Origin: Longivirga aurantiaca
GTDB lineage: Bacteria > Actinomycetota > Actinomycetes > S36-B12 > CAIYMF01
Reading direction: 5' to 3'
NCBI RefSeq assembly: GCF_042660085.1
Contig: NZ_JBHSTI010000002.1
Span: forward strand, 510,001 to 542,000
DNA: 32,000 bases
Below are positions 19,485 to 28,930 of the stretch, piece after piece. Numbering within the stretch: the first letter of the stretch is position 1; the number at the start of each line of letters is the position of its first letter. Under the pieces are notes generated by a model. It was given only the letters and a program-made list of their open reading frames with translations. It was not told the DNA's origin and made no database searches. A program made the position numbers and the translations under genes.

Positions 19485-20117
19485 GTGACCGCCGTGCCCG
19501 AGAACGACTCTCCTCGCGCACGGCTCGTCGTCCTCGTGTCCGGATCCGGCTCGAACCTCCAGGCGCTGCTCGACGCAGCCACCGACCCGCGGTTCCCTGC
19601 CGAGGTCGTGGCCGTGGGCGCCGACGTCCCTGACGCCTACGGCCTCGAGCGCGCTGCCGGCGCCGACGTGCCGACCTTCGTGGTCGAGCCGTCGGCGTAC
19701 GCCGACCGCGCCGCCTGGACCGACGCGCTGGCCGACGCCGTCGCCGCGCACGAGCCCGACTGGGTCGTGTGCGCCGGCTTCATGCGCATCCTCGGGGCGG
19801 CGTTCGTGCAGCGCTTCGCCGGTCGCATCGTCAACACCCATCCGGCGCTGCTGCCGTCGTTCCCGGGCGCGCACGGCGTCCGCGACGCGATGGCCTACGG
19901 CGTGAAGGTCACCGGCTGCACGGTGCACCTGGTCGACGAGGGGGTCGACACCGGGCCGATCCTCGCCCAGGCCTCGGTCGCCGTCCGGGCGGACGACGAC
20001 GAGCCCTCCCTCCACGAACGCATCAAGACCGTCGAGCGCGAGCTGCTCGTCGAGACCGTCGCCGCTCTCGCGGCGCACGGCTGCACCGTCACCGGCAGGA
20101 AGGTCACCATCCCGTGA
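19485..20117 (+). CDS. purN: Phosphoribosylglycinamide formyltransferase
   Basis: [74 protein letters not shown]; GTG 19485. Confidence 0.96.
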   Translation: MTAVPENDSPRARLVVLVSGSGSNLQALLDAATDPRFPAEVVAVGADVPDAYGLERAAGADVPTFVVEPSAYADRAAWTDALADAVAAHEPDWVVCAGFMRILGAAFVQRFAGRIVNTHPALLPSFPGAHGVRDAMAYGVKVTGCTVHLVDEGVDTGPILAQASVAVRADDDEPSLHERIKTVERELLVETVAALAAHGCTVTGRKVTIP

Positions 20118-21679
20118 GCACCCGACCCGTCCGTCGCGCCCTCGTCTCGGTCTACGACAAGACCGGCCTCGACGAGCTCGCGCGCGGCCTCGCCGACGCC
20201 GGTGTCGAGATCGTCTCGACCGGCTCCACCGCCTCGCGCATCGCCGGCCTCGGCATCAGCGTCACGCAGGTGCAGGACCTCACCGGCTTCCCCGAGTGCC
20301 TCGACGGCCGCGTGAAGACGCTGCACCCCACGGTGCACGCCGGGATCCTCGCCGACCTCCGGCTCGAGGACCACCAGAGCCAGCTCGCCGACCTCGGCAT
20401 CGAGCCGTTCGACCTCGTCGTGGTCAACCTCTACCCGTTCGCCGACACGGTGGCGTCCGGCGCCACCCAGGACGAGTGCGTCGAGCAGATCGACATCGGC
20501 GGTCCGACGATGGTGCGCGCGGCTGCCAAGAACCACCCGAGCGTCGCGGTCGTCACGTCGCCGTCGTACTACGGCGACGTGCTCGAGGCCGTGGCCCGCG
20601 GCGGCTTCACCCTGGCCGAGCGCCAGCGCCTCGCGGCCGAGGCGTTCATCCACACCGCGTCGTACGACGTGGCCGTCGCGTCGTGGATGGGCAACGTCGT
20701 GTCGCCGTCCGACTCGGGCACCGGGTTCCCGGCGTGGCTCGGCGCCACCTGGGAGCGTGCCGAGGTGCTCCGGTACGGCGAGAACCCGCACCAGCGGGCC
20801 GCGCTCTACGTCACGAGCAACGCGCCGCACCCGGGCCTCGCCCAGGCCGAGCAGCTGCACGGCAAGGAGATGTCGTACAACAACTACGTCGACGCCGATG
20901 CCGCGCGCCGTGCGGCGTACGACCACACCGAGCCCGCGGTCGCGATCATCAAGCACGCGAACCCGTGCGGCATCGCGATCGGCGCGGACATCGCCGAGGC
21001 GCACCGCAAGGCGCACGACACCGACCCCGTCTCGGCCTTCGGCGGCGTGATCGCGGCCAACCGCCCGGTCACGCTGGCGATGGCGCGCCAGGTGGCCGAG
21101 GTGTTCACCGAGGTCGTCGTGGCCCCCGGTTTCGACGACGACGCGCTCGCGCTGCTGAGCGAGAAGAAGAACCTCCGCCTCCTGGTTGCCGCCGACGTCC
21201 CTGCCAAGGGCGGCATCGAGATCCGCCCGGTGTCGGGGGGCCTGCTGCTGCAGGCGACGGACAAGGTCGACGCCGCCGGTGACGCAGTGGAGACCTGGAC
21301 CCTCGCCTGCGGCGAGCCGGCCGACGAGGCGACGCTGCGCGACCTCGTCTTCGCCTGGCGCGCCTGCCGCTCGGTGAAGAGCAACGCGATCCTGCTCGCC
21401 AAGGACGGCGCGGCCGTCGGCGTCGGCATGGGTCAGGTCAACCGCGTCGACTCCGCCCGGCTCGCGGTGTCCCGCGCAGGGGAGGAGCGCTCACGCGGCG
21501 CGGTCGGTGCGTCCGACGCGTTCTTCCCGTTCCCCGACGGGCTCGAGGTGCTGACCGCTGCCGGGGTGAAGGCGATCGTGCAGCCCGGCGGATCGGTGCG
21601 CGACGAGGAGGTCGTCGCCGCGGCAACGGCTGCCGGCGTGACGATGTACCTCACCGGGACCCGCCATTTCTTCCACTGA
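20114..21679 (+). CDS. purH: Bifunctional AICAR formyltransferase / IMP cyclohydrolase
   Basis: [74 protein letters not shown]; GTG start overlaps purN stop (GTGA). Confidence 0.97.
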   Translation: MSTRPVRRALVSVYDKTGLDELARGLADAGVEIVSTGSTASRIAGLGISVTQVQDLTGFPECLDGRVKTLHPTVHAGILADLRLEDHQSQLADLGIEPFDLVVVNLYPFADTVASGATQDECVEQIDIGGPTMVRAAAKNHPSVAVVTSPSYYGDVLEAVARGGFTLAERQRLAAEAFIHTASYDVAVASWMGNVVSPSDSGTGFPAWLGATWERAEVLRYGENPHQRAALYVTSNAPHPGLAQAEQLHGKEMSYNNYVDADAARRAAYDHTEPAVAIIKHANPCGIAIGADIAEAHRKAHDTDPVSAFGGVIAANRPVTLAMARQVAEVFTEVVVAPGFDDDALALLSEKKNLRLLVAADVPAKGGIEIRPVSGGLLLQATDKVDAAGDAVETWTLACGEPADEATLRDLVFAWRACRSVKSNAILLAKDGAAVGVGMGQVNRVDSARLAVSRAGEERSRGAVGASDAFFPFPDGLEVLTAAGVKAIVQPGGSVRDEEVVAAATAAGVTMYLTGTRHFFH

Positions 21680-21684
21680 GCCGT

Positions 21685-21701
21685 CCCCGCCTGTGGCGGG
21701 G
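21685..21701. terminator. Hairpin CCCCGCC-TGT-GGCGGGG just after purH
   Basis: Perfect 7-bp stem. It overlaps the ORF-track GTG of the next gene, supporting a downstream start at 21738. Confidence 0.5.
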
Positions 21702-21737
21702 AGCTCAGTCCAGCACCTCCACCCGCCGCTGTGGGCG

Positions 21738-22673
21738 ATGGTGCTCGCGTTCACGGTCGGCATCACCAGCGTGGTGCAGGCGCGGAGCAACGGCGAGCTG
21801 GCCATCGCCACCGGCGACGGCCTCCTCACGGGGGTGCTCTCGTTGGCGACCGGCCTGGTCATCCTCGTGGTGATCGTGGCAGCACGCGGGTCGTCGCGCC
21901 GAGCACTGATCCGCGAGGTCCCCGCGGCCCTGCGCGACGGACGGCTGCGGTGGTGGCACTTCCTCGGAGGCGTCGGCGGCGCCTGCTACATCGGCAGCCA
22001 GGCGGTCACCGTGCCGCTTGTCGGCGTCGCGGTGTTCACCGTCTCGTACGTCGCCGGCGTCACCGGCATGTCGCTCCTCGTCGACCGCTGGGGCTTCGGC
22101 CCGGGCGGTGCGCGCGCGGTCTCGCGCCGGCGCGTGCTCTCGGCCGTCGGGACGACCCTCGCCGTCGGGCTGGCCGTGTCGGGCCGGCTGCTCTCGGGCG
22201 ACCTCGTGTGGTGGGCGGTCGGCGCGGTGCTCCTGGCCGGTGCTGTCGTCGCCACGCAGCTCGCGCTCAACGGCACCGTCGCGCAGCGCACCGGCGACCC
22301 GATGCCCGCGGCCCTCATCAACTTCATGCTGGCGCTGGTGCTCCTGCTGATCGGGCTCGGCATCGAGCACCTGGTCGGCCATCGCTGGGCGCCGCCGCCG
22401 GCGCCGTGGGACCAGCCGCTCCTGTGGCTCGGCGGCGTGACCGGCGTCCTCTACATCACCGTGGCGGCGGTGCTCGTGAAGCCGTTGGGCGTGCTGCTGT
22501 TCGGCCTGCTCACCATCGCCGGTCAGCTCACCGGCTCGCTGCTGTCCGACCTGCTGCTGCCCACACCCGGGACGGTCGTGTCGTGGCAGCTCATCGCCGG
22601 CGTGCTGCTCGCCGGTGCCGCGATCGGGTGGGCGGCGCTGCCCCCTCGACGCGCCCGGGTCACGACCGCCTGA
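21738..22673 (+). CDS. DMT-superfamily transporter, YdcZ/DUF606-like (two repeated halves)
   Basis: MVLAFTVGITSVVQARSNGELA... WWHFLGGVGGACYIGSQAVTVPLVGVAVF ... second half WLGGVTGVLYITVAAVLVKPLGVLLFGLLTIAGQLTGSLLSD. Confidence 0.85.
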   Translation: MVLAFTVGITSVVQARSNGELAIATGDGLLTGVLSLATGLVILVVIVAARGSSRRALIREVPAALRDGRLRWWHFLGGVGGACYIGSQAVTVPLVGVAVFTVSYVAGVTGMSLLVDRWGFGPGGARAVSRRRVLSAVGTTLAVGLAVSGRLLSGDLVWWAVGAVLLAGAVVATQLALNGTVAQRTGDPMPAALINFMLALVLLLIGLGIEHLVGHRWAPPPAPWDQPLLWLGGVTGVLYITVAAVLVKPLGVLLFGLLTIAGQLTGSLLSDLLLPTPGTVVSWQLIAGVLLAGAAIGWAALPPRRARVTTA

Positions 22674-22786
22674 AGCTCGGCAGGCGCCGGGGGGCTCGGC
22701 CACCGATGCCGGTCAGCGGGAGCCTGTCCTCGCCGCCCCCGGGCCGGTACGGTTCGGCGAGCCCACCGCCGTTGCTCGACGGGGCC

Positions 22787-22810
22787 GTCGCCCGGACATC
22801 TCCGGGCGGC
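22787..22810. terminator. Hairpin GTCGCCCGGA-CATC-TCCGGGCGGC
   Basis: 10-bp stem with one T-G wobble, 37 nt upstream of the next CDS. Confidence 0.4.
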
Positions 22811-22847
22811 ACGCGCGTGCCTGTCCTGCTCGCGGAAGGAGCCCGCC

Positions 22848-23279
22848 GTGTTCCAGGTGGAGAAGAGCGTCGTCATCGAACGGTCGTCGGCGGACGTCTT
22901 CGCCTTCGTCGCCGACCAGCGCAACGCGGTCAGGTGGCAGGCCGGCATCACCGAGATCCGCACCCTGACCGAGCCACCCATCGGCGTCGGGACGAGGCAC
23001 GCGCTCGCCAGGACGTTCCTCGGACGCCGTATGGAGGTGGAGAACGTGTACACGGAGTACGACCCCGACACGTTCGTCGCCTTCCGGACGACCTCGGGCC
23101 CGGTCGCGCTGGTGGCCAGCTACCTCGTCGTGCCCCACCCGCAGGGCAGCACGCTCACGTCGTCGATCCAGATGGACGCCAAGGGGTTCCTGTCCCTGGC
23201 GGAGCCGCTCATTGCCGCGGGCCTGCGGCGCGACGTGGCCGCGGCCCTTCTGACTCTCAAGGGAGTCCTGGAGACCTGA
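22848..23279 (+). CDS. SRPBCC (START/polyketide-cyclase-like) family protein
   Basis: FQVEKSVVIERSSADVFAFVADQRNAVRWQAGITEIRTLTEPPIGVGTRH; GTG start. Confidence 0.85.
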   Translation: MFQVEKSVVIERSSADVFAFVADQRNAVRWQAGITEIRTLTEPPIGVGTRHALARTFLGRRMEVENVYTEYDPDTFVAFRTTSGPVALVASYLVVPHPQGSTLTSSIQMDAKGFLSLAEPLIAAGLRRDVAAALLTLKGVLET

Positions 23280-23294
23280 TCCGACGCGATCAGG
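23275..23294. terminator. Inverted repeat CCTGATC-CGACGC-GATCAGG spanning both stop codons of a convergent pair
   Basis: Perfect 7-bp stem; contains the SRPBCC stop (23277-23279) and GntR stop (23290-23292). Confidence 0.5.
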
Positions 23295-23973
23295 CGCCGG
23301 TGGTGAACAGCTCGGGGTGGCTCTGCAGCGCGACGCGGGTGCGGCGGATGTGACCCTCGAGGAAGCGCTCGGCATCCTCGGCGTCGCGGCGCCGGATGGC
23401 GTCCAGCAGCAGCCGGTGCTCGGCGTTCACGATCGCGGCGCGGTCGTTGCCGGCCAGCAGCATGAACGCGCGGCGGTAGTGCTGGGTGGAGTTCCAGAGC
23501 CGCACCGTGGCCGAGAGCAGCTGCTCGCTCGGGCAGGCGGAGTACGACGTCATGTGGAAGTCGCGGTCGAGCACGAGGAAGCGGCCGACATCGTCGTTGG
23601 CCTCGATCTGCTCCTGGATCCGCTCCATCGCGTCGATCTGCACATCGGTCAGGTGGGGGAGGCTCTCGGTGAGCGTGAGCGGCTCGAGGCGCTCGCGCAT
23701 CCGGTAGTAGGTGTGCACCTCGTAGAGGTCGAGCGACGGGACGCGCGCGCCCTTGTTGGGCGAGACCTCCATGAGGCCCTCGGTCTCGAGGATGCGGAAG
23801 GCCTCGCGCACCGGGATGCGGCTCGCGCCGAAGCGCTCGGCGATGACGTCCTGCAGCAGCCGCTCGCCGGGGGCGAACTCGCCGCCGAGGATCGCCTCGC
23901 GCAGCGCGCCCGCGATGCGCTGGCTGCTGACGGGGTCGACGGCCGGCTCGGTCGTCGCGCTGTCCGCGGACAC
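23290..23973 (-). CDS. GntR-family transcriptional regulator, FCD/FadR subfamily
   Basis: RIAGALREAILGGEFAPGERLLQDVIAERFGASRIPVREAFRILETEGLMEVSPNKGARVPSLD wHTH; RDFHMTSYSACPSEQL; AEHRLLLDAIRRRDAEDAERFLEGHI FCD domain. Confidence 0.94.
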   Translation of the reverse strand: MSADSATTEPAVDPVSSQRIAGALREAILGGEFAPGERLLQDVIAERFGASRIPVREAFRILETEGLMEVSPNKGARVPSLDLYEVHTYYRMRERLEPLTLTESLPHLTDVQIDAMERIQEQIEANDDVGRFLVLDRDFHMTSYSACPSEQLLSATVRLWNSTQHYRRAFMLLAGNDRAAIVNAEHRLLLDAIRRRDAEDAERFLEGHIRRTRVALQSHPELFTTGA

Positions 23974-23986
23974 GCCTCACGCCCTC

Positions 23987-24490
23987 TTAGGAGAACAGCT
24001 CGGGATGGTGGTCGAACGCCTTGCCGTGAGGGTACGAGACCAGCTCGAACTGCATACCCCAGGGGGAGAGGAAGTAGACCCAGCGCTGGCCCTCCGAGGC
24101 GCTCCTGCTCGCGGTCGGCTCGCCGAGCACGGTGACGCCCTGTTCGTGGAGGTACGCGACGGCGGCGTCGAGGTCGTCGACGTACAGCGCCACGTGGTGG
24201 CCGCCGACGTCGCTGTTGCGCGGGACCTCGGTGGCCTGCTCGGGCGCCTCGTACTGGAACACCTCGAAGACGGCCTGGCCGCCGCAGCGGTAGAAGCGCA
24301 GCTCGCGCATGACGGTGCGCGGGTGCACGTTCAAGTGGTCGCGCATCCAGTCGGAGTCGTCCGCGGCGAACGGCCCGAGCCGGTACATGTACTCGCAGCC
24401 GAGCACGTCCACGAGCCAGGCGTGGGCCGCCTCGAGATCGGGCACGGTGAACCCGACGTGGTCGAGCCGGGTGAGGCCGGGGATCGCCAT
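23987..24490 (-). CDS. VOC-family protein (glyoxalase/extradiol dioxygenase-like)
   Basis: LTRLDHVGFTVPDLEAAHAWLVDVLG, DVGGHHVALYVDDLDAAVAYLHEQGV, WGMQFELVSYP; ATG at 24490. The 800-aa ORF-track entry is an extension through the opposite strand. Confidence 0.9.
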   Translation of the reverse strand: MAIPGLTRLDHVGFTVPDLEAAHAWLVDVLGCEYMYRLGPFAADDSDWMRDHLNVHPRTVMRELRFYRCGGQAVFEVFQYEAPEQATEVPRNSDVGGHHVALYVDDLDAAVAYLHEQGVTVLGEPTASRSASEGQRWVYFLSPWGMQFELVSYPHGKAFDHHPELFS

Positions 24491-24501
24491 AGGACCTCCT
24501 G

Positions 24502-24511
24502 ATGGATACAT
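24502..24511. promoter_or_regulatory. ATGGATACAT motif copy 1 in divergent intergenic region
   Basis: 10-nt identical to 24565-24574. Confidence 0.45.
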
Positions 24512-24564
24512 GCGAGCGAGTATGAGGGTGGCATACGCACAACTGGCGCGTCCAGGTCTTGCGA

Positions 24565-24574
24565 ATGGATACAT
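24565..24574. promoter_or_regulatory. ATGGATACAT motif copy 2 in divergent intergenic region
   Basis: Same orientation as copy 1, 63 bp apart, 49 nt upstream of ATG 24623. Confidence 0.45.
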
Positions 24575-24622
24575 TCTCTGCCACCCTCGGCCTACCAGCT
24601 CAGCGTGCGAAGGGGACTCCCC

Positions 24623-26800
24623 ATGCCCGAGAACCACCCGCTCGACCCGGCCGTCCCGTGGACCGAGCTCGTCGTCACCGACGCCGACTGGGACGCCGCC
24701 GACCCCGCGCTGCTCACGGGCATGCTGAGCCAGCTCGTGCTCATCCGGGCGTTCGAGGAGTTCGTCCTCGAGCTCGCCGGCGAGGGCCTGATCCACGGCC
24801 CCGCGCACTCGAGCATCGGCCAGGAGGGCGGCGCCGTCGGCTCGGCGTACTCCCTGCGCACCGGCGACACGGTCAACGGCTCGCACCGTGGCCACCACCA
24901 GTTCCTCGCCAAGGTGCTCGCGCACCTGCACCCGGCGGGCATCGACCCCACGCAGCCGTTCCCGGACGACGTCCGCGACGCGCTGCTGCGCAGCCTCCGC
25001 GAGATCGCGGGTCTCGACCTCGGCTTCAGCCACGGGCGCGGCGGCAGCATGCACCTGCAGTGGCACGAGGCCGGCGCGATCGGCACCAACGCGATCGTCG
25101 GCGGCGGCGTCCCCCTCGCCGCCGGCTCGGCCTGGGCGCACAAGCACGCAGGCACCGACAACGTCGCGGTCACCTACTTCGGCGACGGCGCCATCAACAT
25201 CGGCTCGACGCTCGAGACCTTCAACCTCGCCGGCGCGTGGAAGCTGCCGATCTGCTTCTTCGTCGAGAACAACCAGTACGCCGTCAGCACCCACGTGGCC
25301 GAGGTGACGGCCGAGACGCGCCTGTCGGGACGCGGCCCCGGCTTCGGCATCCCGAGCTGGAAGGTCGACGGCATGGACCCGCTCGCGGTCCACCTCGCGA
25401 TGCAGCAGGCCCTCGCCGTCATGCGCTCCGGCGGTGGCCCGACCCTCATCGAGGCCGACGTCTACCGCTACTTCCACCAGAACGGCCCGTTCCCGGGCAG
25501 CGCGTTCCGCTACCGCAGCAAGGAGGAGGAGGCGCAGTGGCGCGGGCGCGACCCGATCGACACCACCGCCCGCCACCTCGTGCGCCGCGGCATCCTCGCG
25601 CAGGAGCAGGTCGATGGCGCGACCGCCCAGGCGAAGGCGCTCATGGCGGGCCTCGGCGAGGTCATCCTCGAGCCGAAGCCCGACGGCAAGCCGAAGGAGC
25701 GCCAGATCAAGGCGGCCGAGTGGCCCAAGCCGGAGTTCGTCGACGAGGGCATCCGCGGCGACCTGTCGGAGTTCGACGGCGTGATCTTCACCGACGTCGC
25801 GGACTTCGAGGGCCGGCTCACCGAGGTGAAGTTCATCGACGCCGTGGCCGGCGTGATGGGCCGCCGCCTCGAGACCGACCCGCGCGTGGTGATCCTCGGC
25901 GAGGACGTGCACCGACTCAACGGCGGCACCAACGGCGCCACCAAGGGGCTCAAGGACGCCTTCCCCGATCGCGTGCTCGGCACCCCGATCAGCGAGAACG
26001 CCTTCACCGGCCTCGGCGGCGGCATGGCGATGGACGGGCGCTTCCGCCCGATCGTCGAGTTCATGTACGCCGACTTCATGTGGGTCGCGGCCGACCAGCT
26101 GTTCAACCAGATCGGCAAGGCGCGCCACATGTTCGGCGGCGACGGCGCGGTGCCGTTCGTGCTGCGCAGCAAGGTCGCGATGGGCACGGGCTACGGCTCG
26201 CAGCACTCGATGGACCCGGCCGGCATCTTCGCGACCGCTCCGGGCTGGCGGATCGTGGCGCCGTCGACGCCTTTCGACTACGTCGGGCTCATGAACGCAG
26301 CTCTGCAGTGCGAGGACCCCGTCGTCGTCATCGAGCACGTCGACCTCTACAGCTCGACAGGCCCCGCCGTCGAGGGCGACTTCGACCACGTGCTGCCCGT
26401 CGGCAAGGCCGCGGTGCGCCGCGAGGGCAAGGCCGTCACGGTGCTCACGTACCTCGCGATGACCAACTACGTGCTGCAGGCGGTGGAGGAGACCGGGATC
26501 GACGCGGAGGTCATCGACCTGCGCTGGCTCGACCGCGCCTCGCTCGACTGGGACACCATCACCGAGAGCATCAAGAAGACCAACAACGTGGTCATCGCCG
26601 AGCAGGGCGCGATCGGCACGTCGTACGGCAGCTGGCTCGGCGACGAGATCGCCCGGCGGCTGTTCGACTGGCTCGACGCGCCCGTCGGCCGCATCACGGG
26701 CGGCATGGCGTCGCCCAGCATCTCCAAGGTGCTCGAGCGCGCGGCCTTCGCCAAGTCGGAGGAAGCCGCCGCCCGCCTCCGCGAGATCACGGAGGCCTGA
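24623..26800 (+). CDS. Thiamine-pyrophosphate-dependent 2-oxoacid dehydrogenase E1, fused alpha and beta subunits
   Basis: Alpha part: RGGSMHL, YFGDGAINIGSTLETFNLAGAWKLPICFFVENNQYAVST. Beta part: VILGEDVHRLNGGTNGATKGL, DRVLGTPISENAFTGLGGGMAMDGRFRPIVEFMYADF, IEHVDLYSSTG. One continuous ORF. Confidence 0.93.
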   Translation: MPENHPLDPAVPWTELVVTDADWDAADPALLTGMLSQLVLIRAFEEFVLELAGEGLIHGPAHSSIGQEGGAVGSAYSLRTGDTVNGSHRGHHQFLAKVLAHLHPAGIDPTQPFPDDVRDALLRSLREIAGLDLGFSHGRGGSMHLQWHEAGAIGTNAIVGGGVPLAAGSAWAHKHAGTDNVAVTYFGDGAINIGSTLETFNLAGAWKLPICFFVENNQYAVSTHVAEVTAETRLSGRGPGFGIPSWKVDGMDPLAVHLAMQQALAVMRSGGGPTLIEADVYRYFHQNGPFPGSAFRYRSKEEEAQWRGRDPIDTTARHLVRRGILAQEQVDGATAQAKALMAGLGEVILEPKPDGKPKERQIKAAEWPKPEFVDEGIRGDLSEFDGVIFTDVADFEGRLTEVKFIDAVAGVMGRRLETDPRVVILGEDVHRLNGGTNGATKGLKDAFPDRVLGTPISENAFTGLGGGMAMDGRFRPIVEFMYADFMWVAADQLFNQIGKARHMFGGDGAVPFVLRSKVAMGTGYGSQHSMDPAGIFATAPGWRIVAPSTPFDYVGLMNAALQCEDPVVVIEHVDLYSSTGPAVEGDFDHVLPVGKAAVRREGKAVTVLTYLAMTNYVLQAVEETGIDAEVIDLRWLDRASLDWDTITESIKKTNNVVIAEQGAIGTSYGSWLGDEIARRLFDWLDAPVGRITGGMASPSISKVLERAAFAKSEEAAARLREITEA

Positions 26801-26803
26801 GCC

Positions 26804-28060
26804 GTGCCCGAGATCCTGCGCATGCCGGAGGTGGCCGCCGGTGCCACCGAGGCCATCCTCTCGGCCTGGAACGTGCCGGTCGGCCAGGCGTACTCCGCCG
26901 GCGACCTGCTCGTGACGATCGAGACCGACAAGGCCGTCGTCGACGTCGAGGCCGAGGCCGACGGCGTCCTGCTCCGCCTGCTGGCCGAGGCCGGCGCGAC
27001 GGTCGAGGTCGGGTCGCCGATCGCCGTCACCGGCGCGTCCGGCGAGACGGTCGACGACGCCGCCATCGCCGCCCTAGGCATCTCCTCCCCGACGTCGACG
27101 GATGCACCCGCCGCGGCCGTGGTCGCGGCCTCCGTGGCAGCGGCCGCCGCCACGGCGCCCGCGACCCCCGGCGAGCGCGTGTTCGCGAGCCCGCTGGCCC
27201 GCAAGATCGCGCGCGACGCCGGAGTCGACCTCGCGGCCCTCGACGGCACCGGCCCCGGTGGCCGCATCCGCCGCCGCGACGTGGAGGCCCACCTCGCCGC
27301 AGCGCCAGCGGCATCCGTCGCTGCGCCTGCTGCACCGGCACCCGCGGCATCGCCGAAGCCCGTGGCTGTCACCGGCGATGCCGAGTACGTCGACGAGCCC
27401 AACTCCCGGCTCCGCAACGCCATCGCGGCGCGGCTCACCGAGAGCAAGACGACGGCTCCGCACTTCTACGTGCGCGGCTCTGCCCGTGTCGACCGGCTCC
27501 TTGCCCTGCGCAAGGAGATCAACGACGGCGGCGACATCAAGGTGTCGGTCAACGACCTCGTCGTGAAGGCCGTCGCGAAGGCGCACACGCTCGTGCCGGC
27601 GCTCAACGTGATCTGGACCGGCGACGCCATCCGTCACTTCTCGCGCGTCGACGTCTCGATCGCCGTCGCCACCGAGAGCGGCCTCGTCACCCCCGTCGTG
27701 CGCGGCGTCGATCGGCTCTCGCTCGGCGAGCTCGCGGCGGCCACCCAGGACCTCGCCGCCCGCGCGAAGGACAAGCGGCTGCAGCAGAGCGAGCTCGAGG
27801 GCGGCACGATCAGCGTGAGCAACCTCGGCATGTTCGGCACTGAGGACTTCGCGGCGATCATCAACCCGCCGCAGGCCTCGATCCTCGCCGTCGGCGCCGC
27901 CCGTCAGGAGCCGGTCGTGGTCGACGGCGCGCTCGCCGTCGGCACGGTGATGCACGTGACGCTCTCGGTCGACCACCGCCCGGTGGACGGCGCCGCCGCG
28001 GCGGAGTGGATGCGCGCCTTCCTCGGTCTGCTCGAAGCCCCCGCGCGCATCCTCGTGTGA
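26804..28060 (+). CDS. Dihydrolipoamide acyltransferase E2 (lipoyl + PSBD + catalytic domain)
   Basis: VTIETDKAVVDVEAEADG lipoyl site, FASPLARKIARDAGVDLAALDGTGPGGRIRRRDVEAHL PSBD, LSVDHRPVDGAAAAEWM catalytic motif. Confidence 0.95.
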   Translation: MPEILRMPEVAAGATEAILSAWNVPVGQAYSAGDLLVTIETDKAVVDVEAEADGVLLRLLAEAGATVEVGSPIAVTGASGETVDDAAIAALGISSPTSTDAPAAAVVAASVAAAAATAPATPGERVFASPLARKIARDAGVDLAALDGTGPGGRIRRRDVEAHLAAAPAASVAAPAAPAPAASPKPVAVTGDAEYVDEPNSRLRNAIAARLTESKTTAPHFYVRGSARVDRLLALRKEINDGGDIKVSVNDLVVKAVAKAHTLVPALNVIWTGDAIRHFSRVDVSIAVATESGLVTPVVRGVDRLSLGELAAATQDLAARAKDKRLQQSELEGGTISVSNLGMFGTEDFAAIINPPQASILAVGAARQEPVVVDGALAVGTVMHVTLSVDHRPVDGAAAAEWMRAFLGLLEAPARILV

Positions 28061-28093
28061 CCCGGGGACAGCGGCGTACGGGAGGGTGAGCGC

Positions 28094-28843
28094 GTGAGCG
28101 CCGACCTCGACACCCTCGCGTGGGTCGCCCTGGCGGTCGGGGCGGTGTGCGCCGGGTTCTCCAAGACCGGTATCAGCGGCACGGGCCTGATCACGGTGGG
28201 GGTCTTCGCCTCCGTGCTGCCGGCGCGGCAGTCGACGGGCAGCGTGCTGCTCCTGTTCCTGGTGGGCGACGTCTTCGCGCTCATGGCCTATCGCAGTCAC
28301 GCGCACTGGCCGACGCTGCGGCGCCTCGCCGTCCCGGTGCTCGTCGGCATCGTCGTCGGCGTGCTGTTCCTGACGCAGGTCGGCGACGGCGGGCTGAGGC
28401 GCACCATCGGCGGTGTGCTGCTCGTCCTGGTAGCGCTGCACCTCTGGGTCCGGCGCCGCACCGAGCACGGCGACGGCCTGCGCGCACTCCCGAGGCCGGT
28501 CACGGTTGCCGCCGGTGCGATGTCGGGCTTCACCAGCATGATCGCCAACGCAGGCGGTGCGGTGATGTCGGTCTACCTGCTCGGCGTGCGCCTCGAGATG
28601 CTCGCCTTCCTCGGCACCACGACGTGGCTGTTCTTCCTCATCAACGTGACCAAGGTGCCGCTCTCGCTCGGTCTCGGCCTCCTCACGTGGGACGGCGCGC
28701 TCATCGCGCTGCTCGTCGCACCGTTCGTGGTCGTCGGGGCGTGGCTCGGGCGCCAGCTCATCAAGCGCCTCGCGCAGCACCAGTTCGAGTGGCTGGTGCT
28801 CGCCTCCACCGTGCTGGCCGGGCTCAACCTGCTCCTGCGCTGA
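28094..28843 (+). CDS. TauE/SafE-family permease (sulfite/anion exporter-like)
   Basis: VGAVCAGFSKTGISGTGLITVGVFASVLPARQSTGSVLLLFLVGDVFAL; AMSGFTSMIANAGGAVMSVYLL second repeat; GTG start. Confidence 0.88.
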   Translation: MSADLDTLAWVALAVGAVCAGFSKTGISGTGLITVGVFASVLPARQSTGSVLLLFLVGDVFALMAYRSHAHWPTLRRLAVPVLVGIVVGVLFLTQVGDGGLRRTIGGVLLVLVALHLWVRRRTEHGDGLRALPRPVTVAAGAMSGFTSMIANAGGAVMSVYLLGVRLEMLAFLGTTTWLFFLINVTKVPLSLGLGLLTWDGALIALLVAPFVVVGAWLGRQLIKRLAQHQFEWLVLASTVLAGLNLLLR

Positions 28844-28866
28844 GCGCAGGAAGTCCATGCACGGAG

Positions 28867-28892
28867 GTGTAGGCGCGTCCGGATAGGGGTAC
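28867..28892 (+). promoter_or_regulatory. Candidate alternative-sigma (SigB/SigF/SigH-type) promoter GTGT-N16-GGGTAC
   Basis: GTGT at 28867-28870 and GGGTAC at 28887-28892, upstream of GTG 28931; compared with GTTT-N(14-16)-GGGTAY. Confidence 0.35.
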
Positions 28893-28930
28893 CTGGCCCC
28901 CATGCACAATGCCTCCACCCGGGCGCGCGC

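Noticed and set aside
23987-26389. 800-aa ORF as a single protein
   Set aside because: Only its last ~167 residues (from ATG 24490) are a real VOC protein; the upstream part is antisense to E1.
24559-27843. 1094-aa plus-strand ORF overlapping the E1/E2 genes
   Set aside because: Low-complexity Arg/Pro/Gly/His translation typical of an out-of-frame reading in GC-rich DNA; the true E1 and E2 frames carry clear family motifs.
28855-28907. CCATGCAC repeated at 28855-28862 and 28900-28907
   Set aside because: 8-nt repeat in a short intergenic region is weak evidence and could be chance; kept only as a note beside the candidate sigma promoter.
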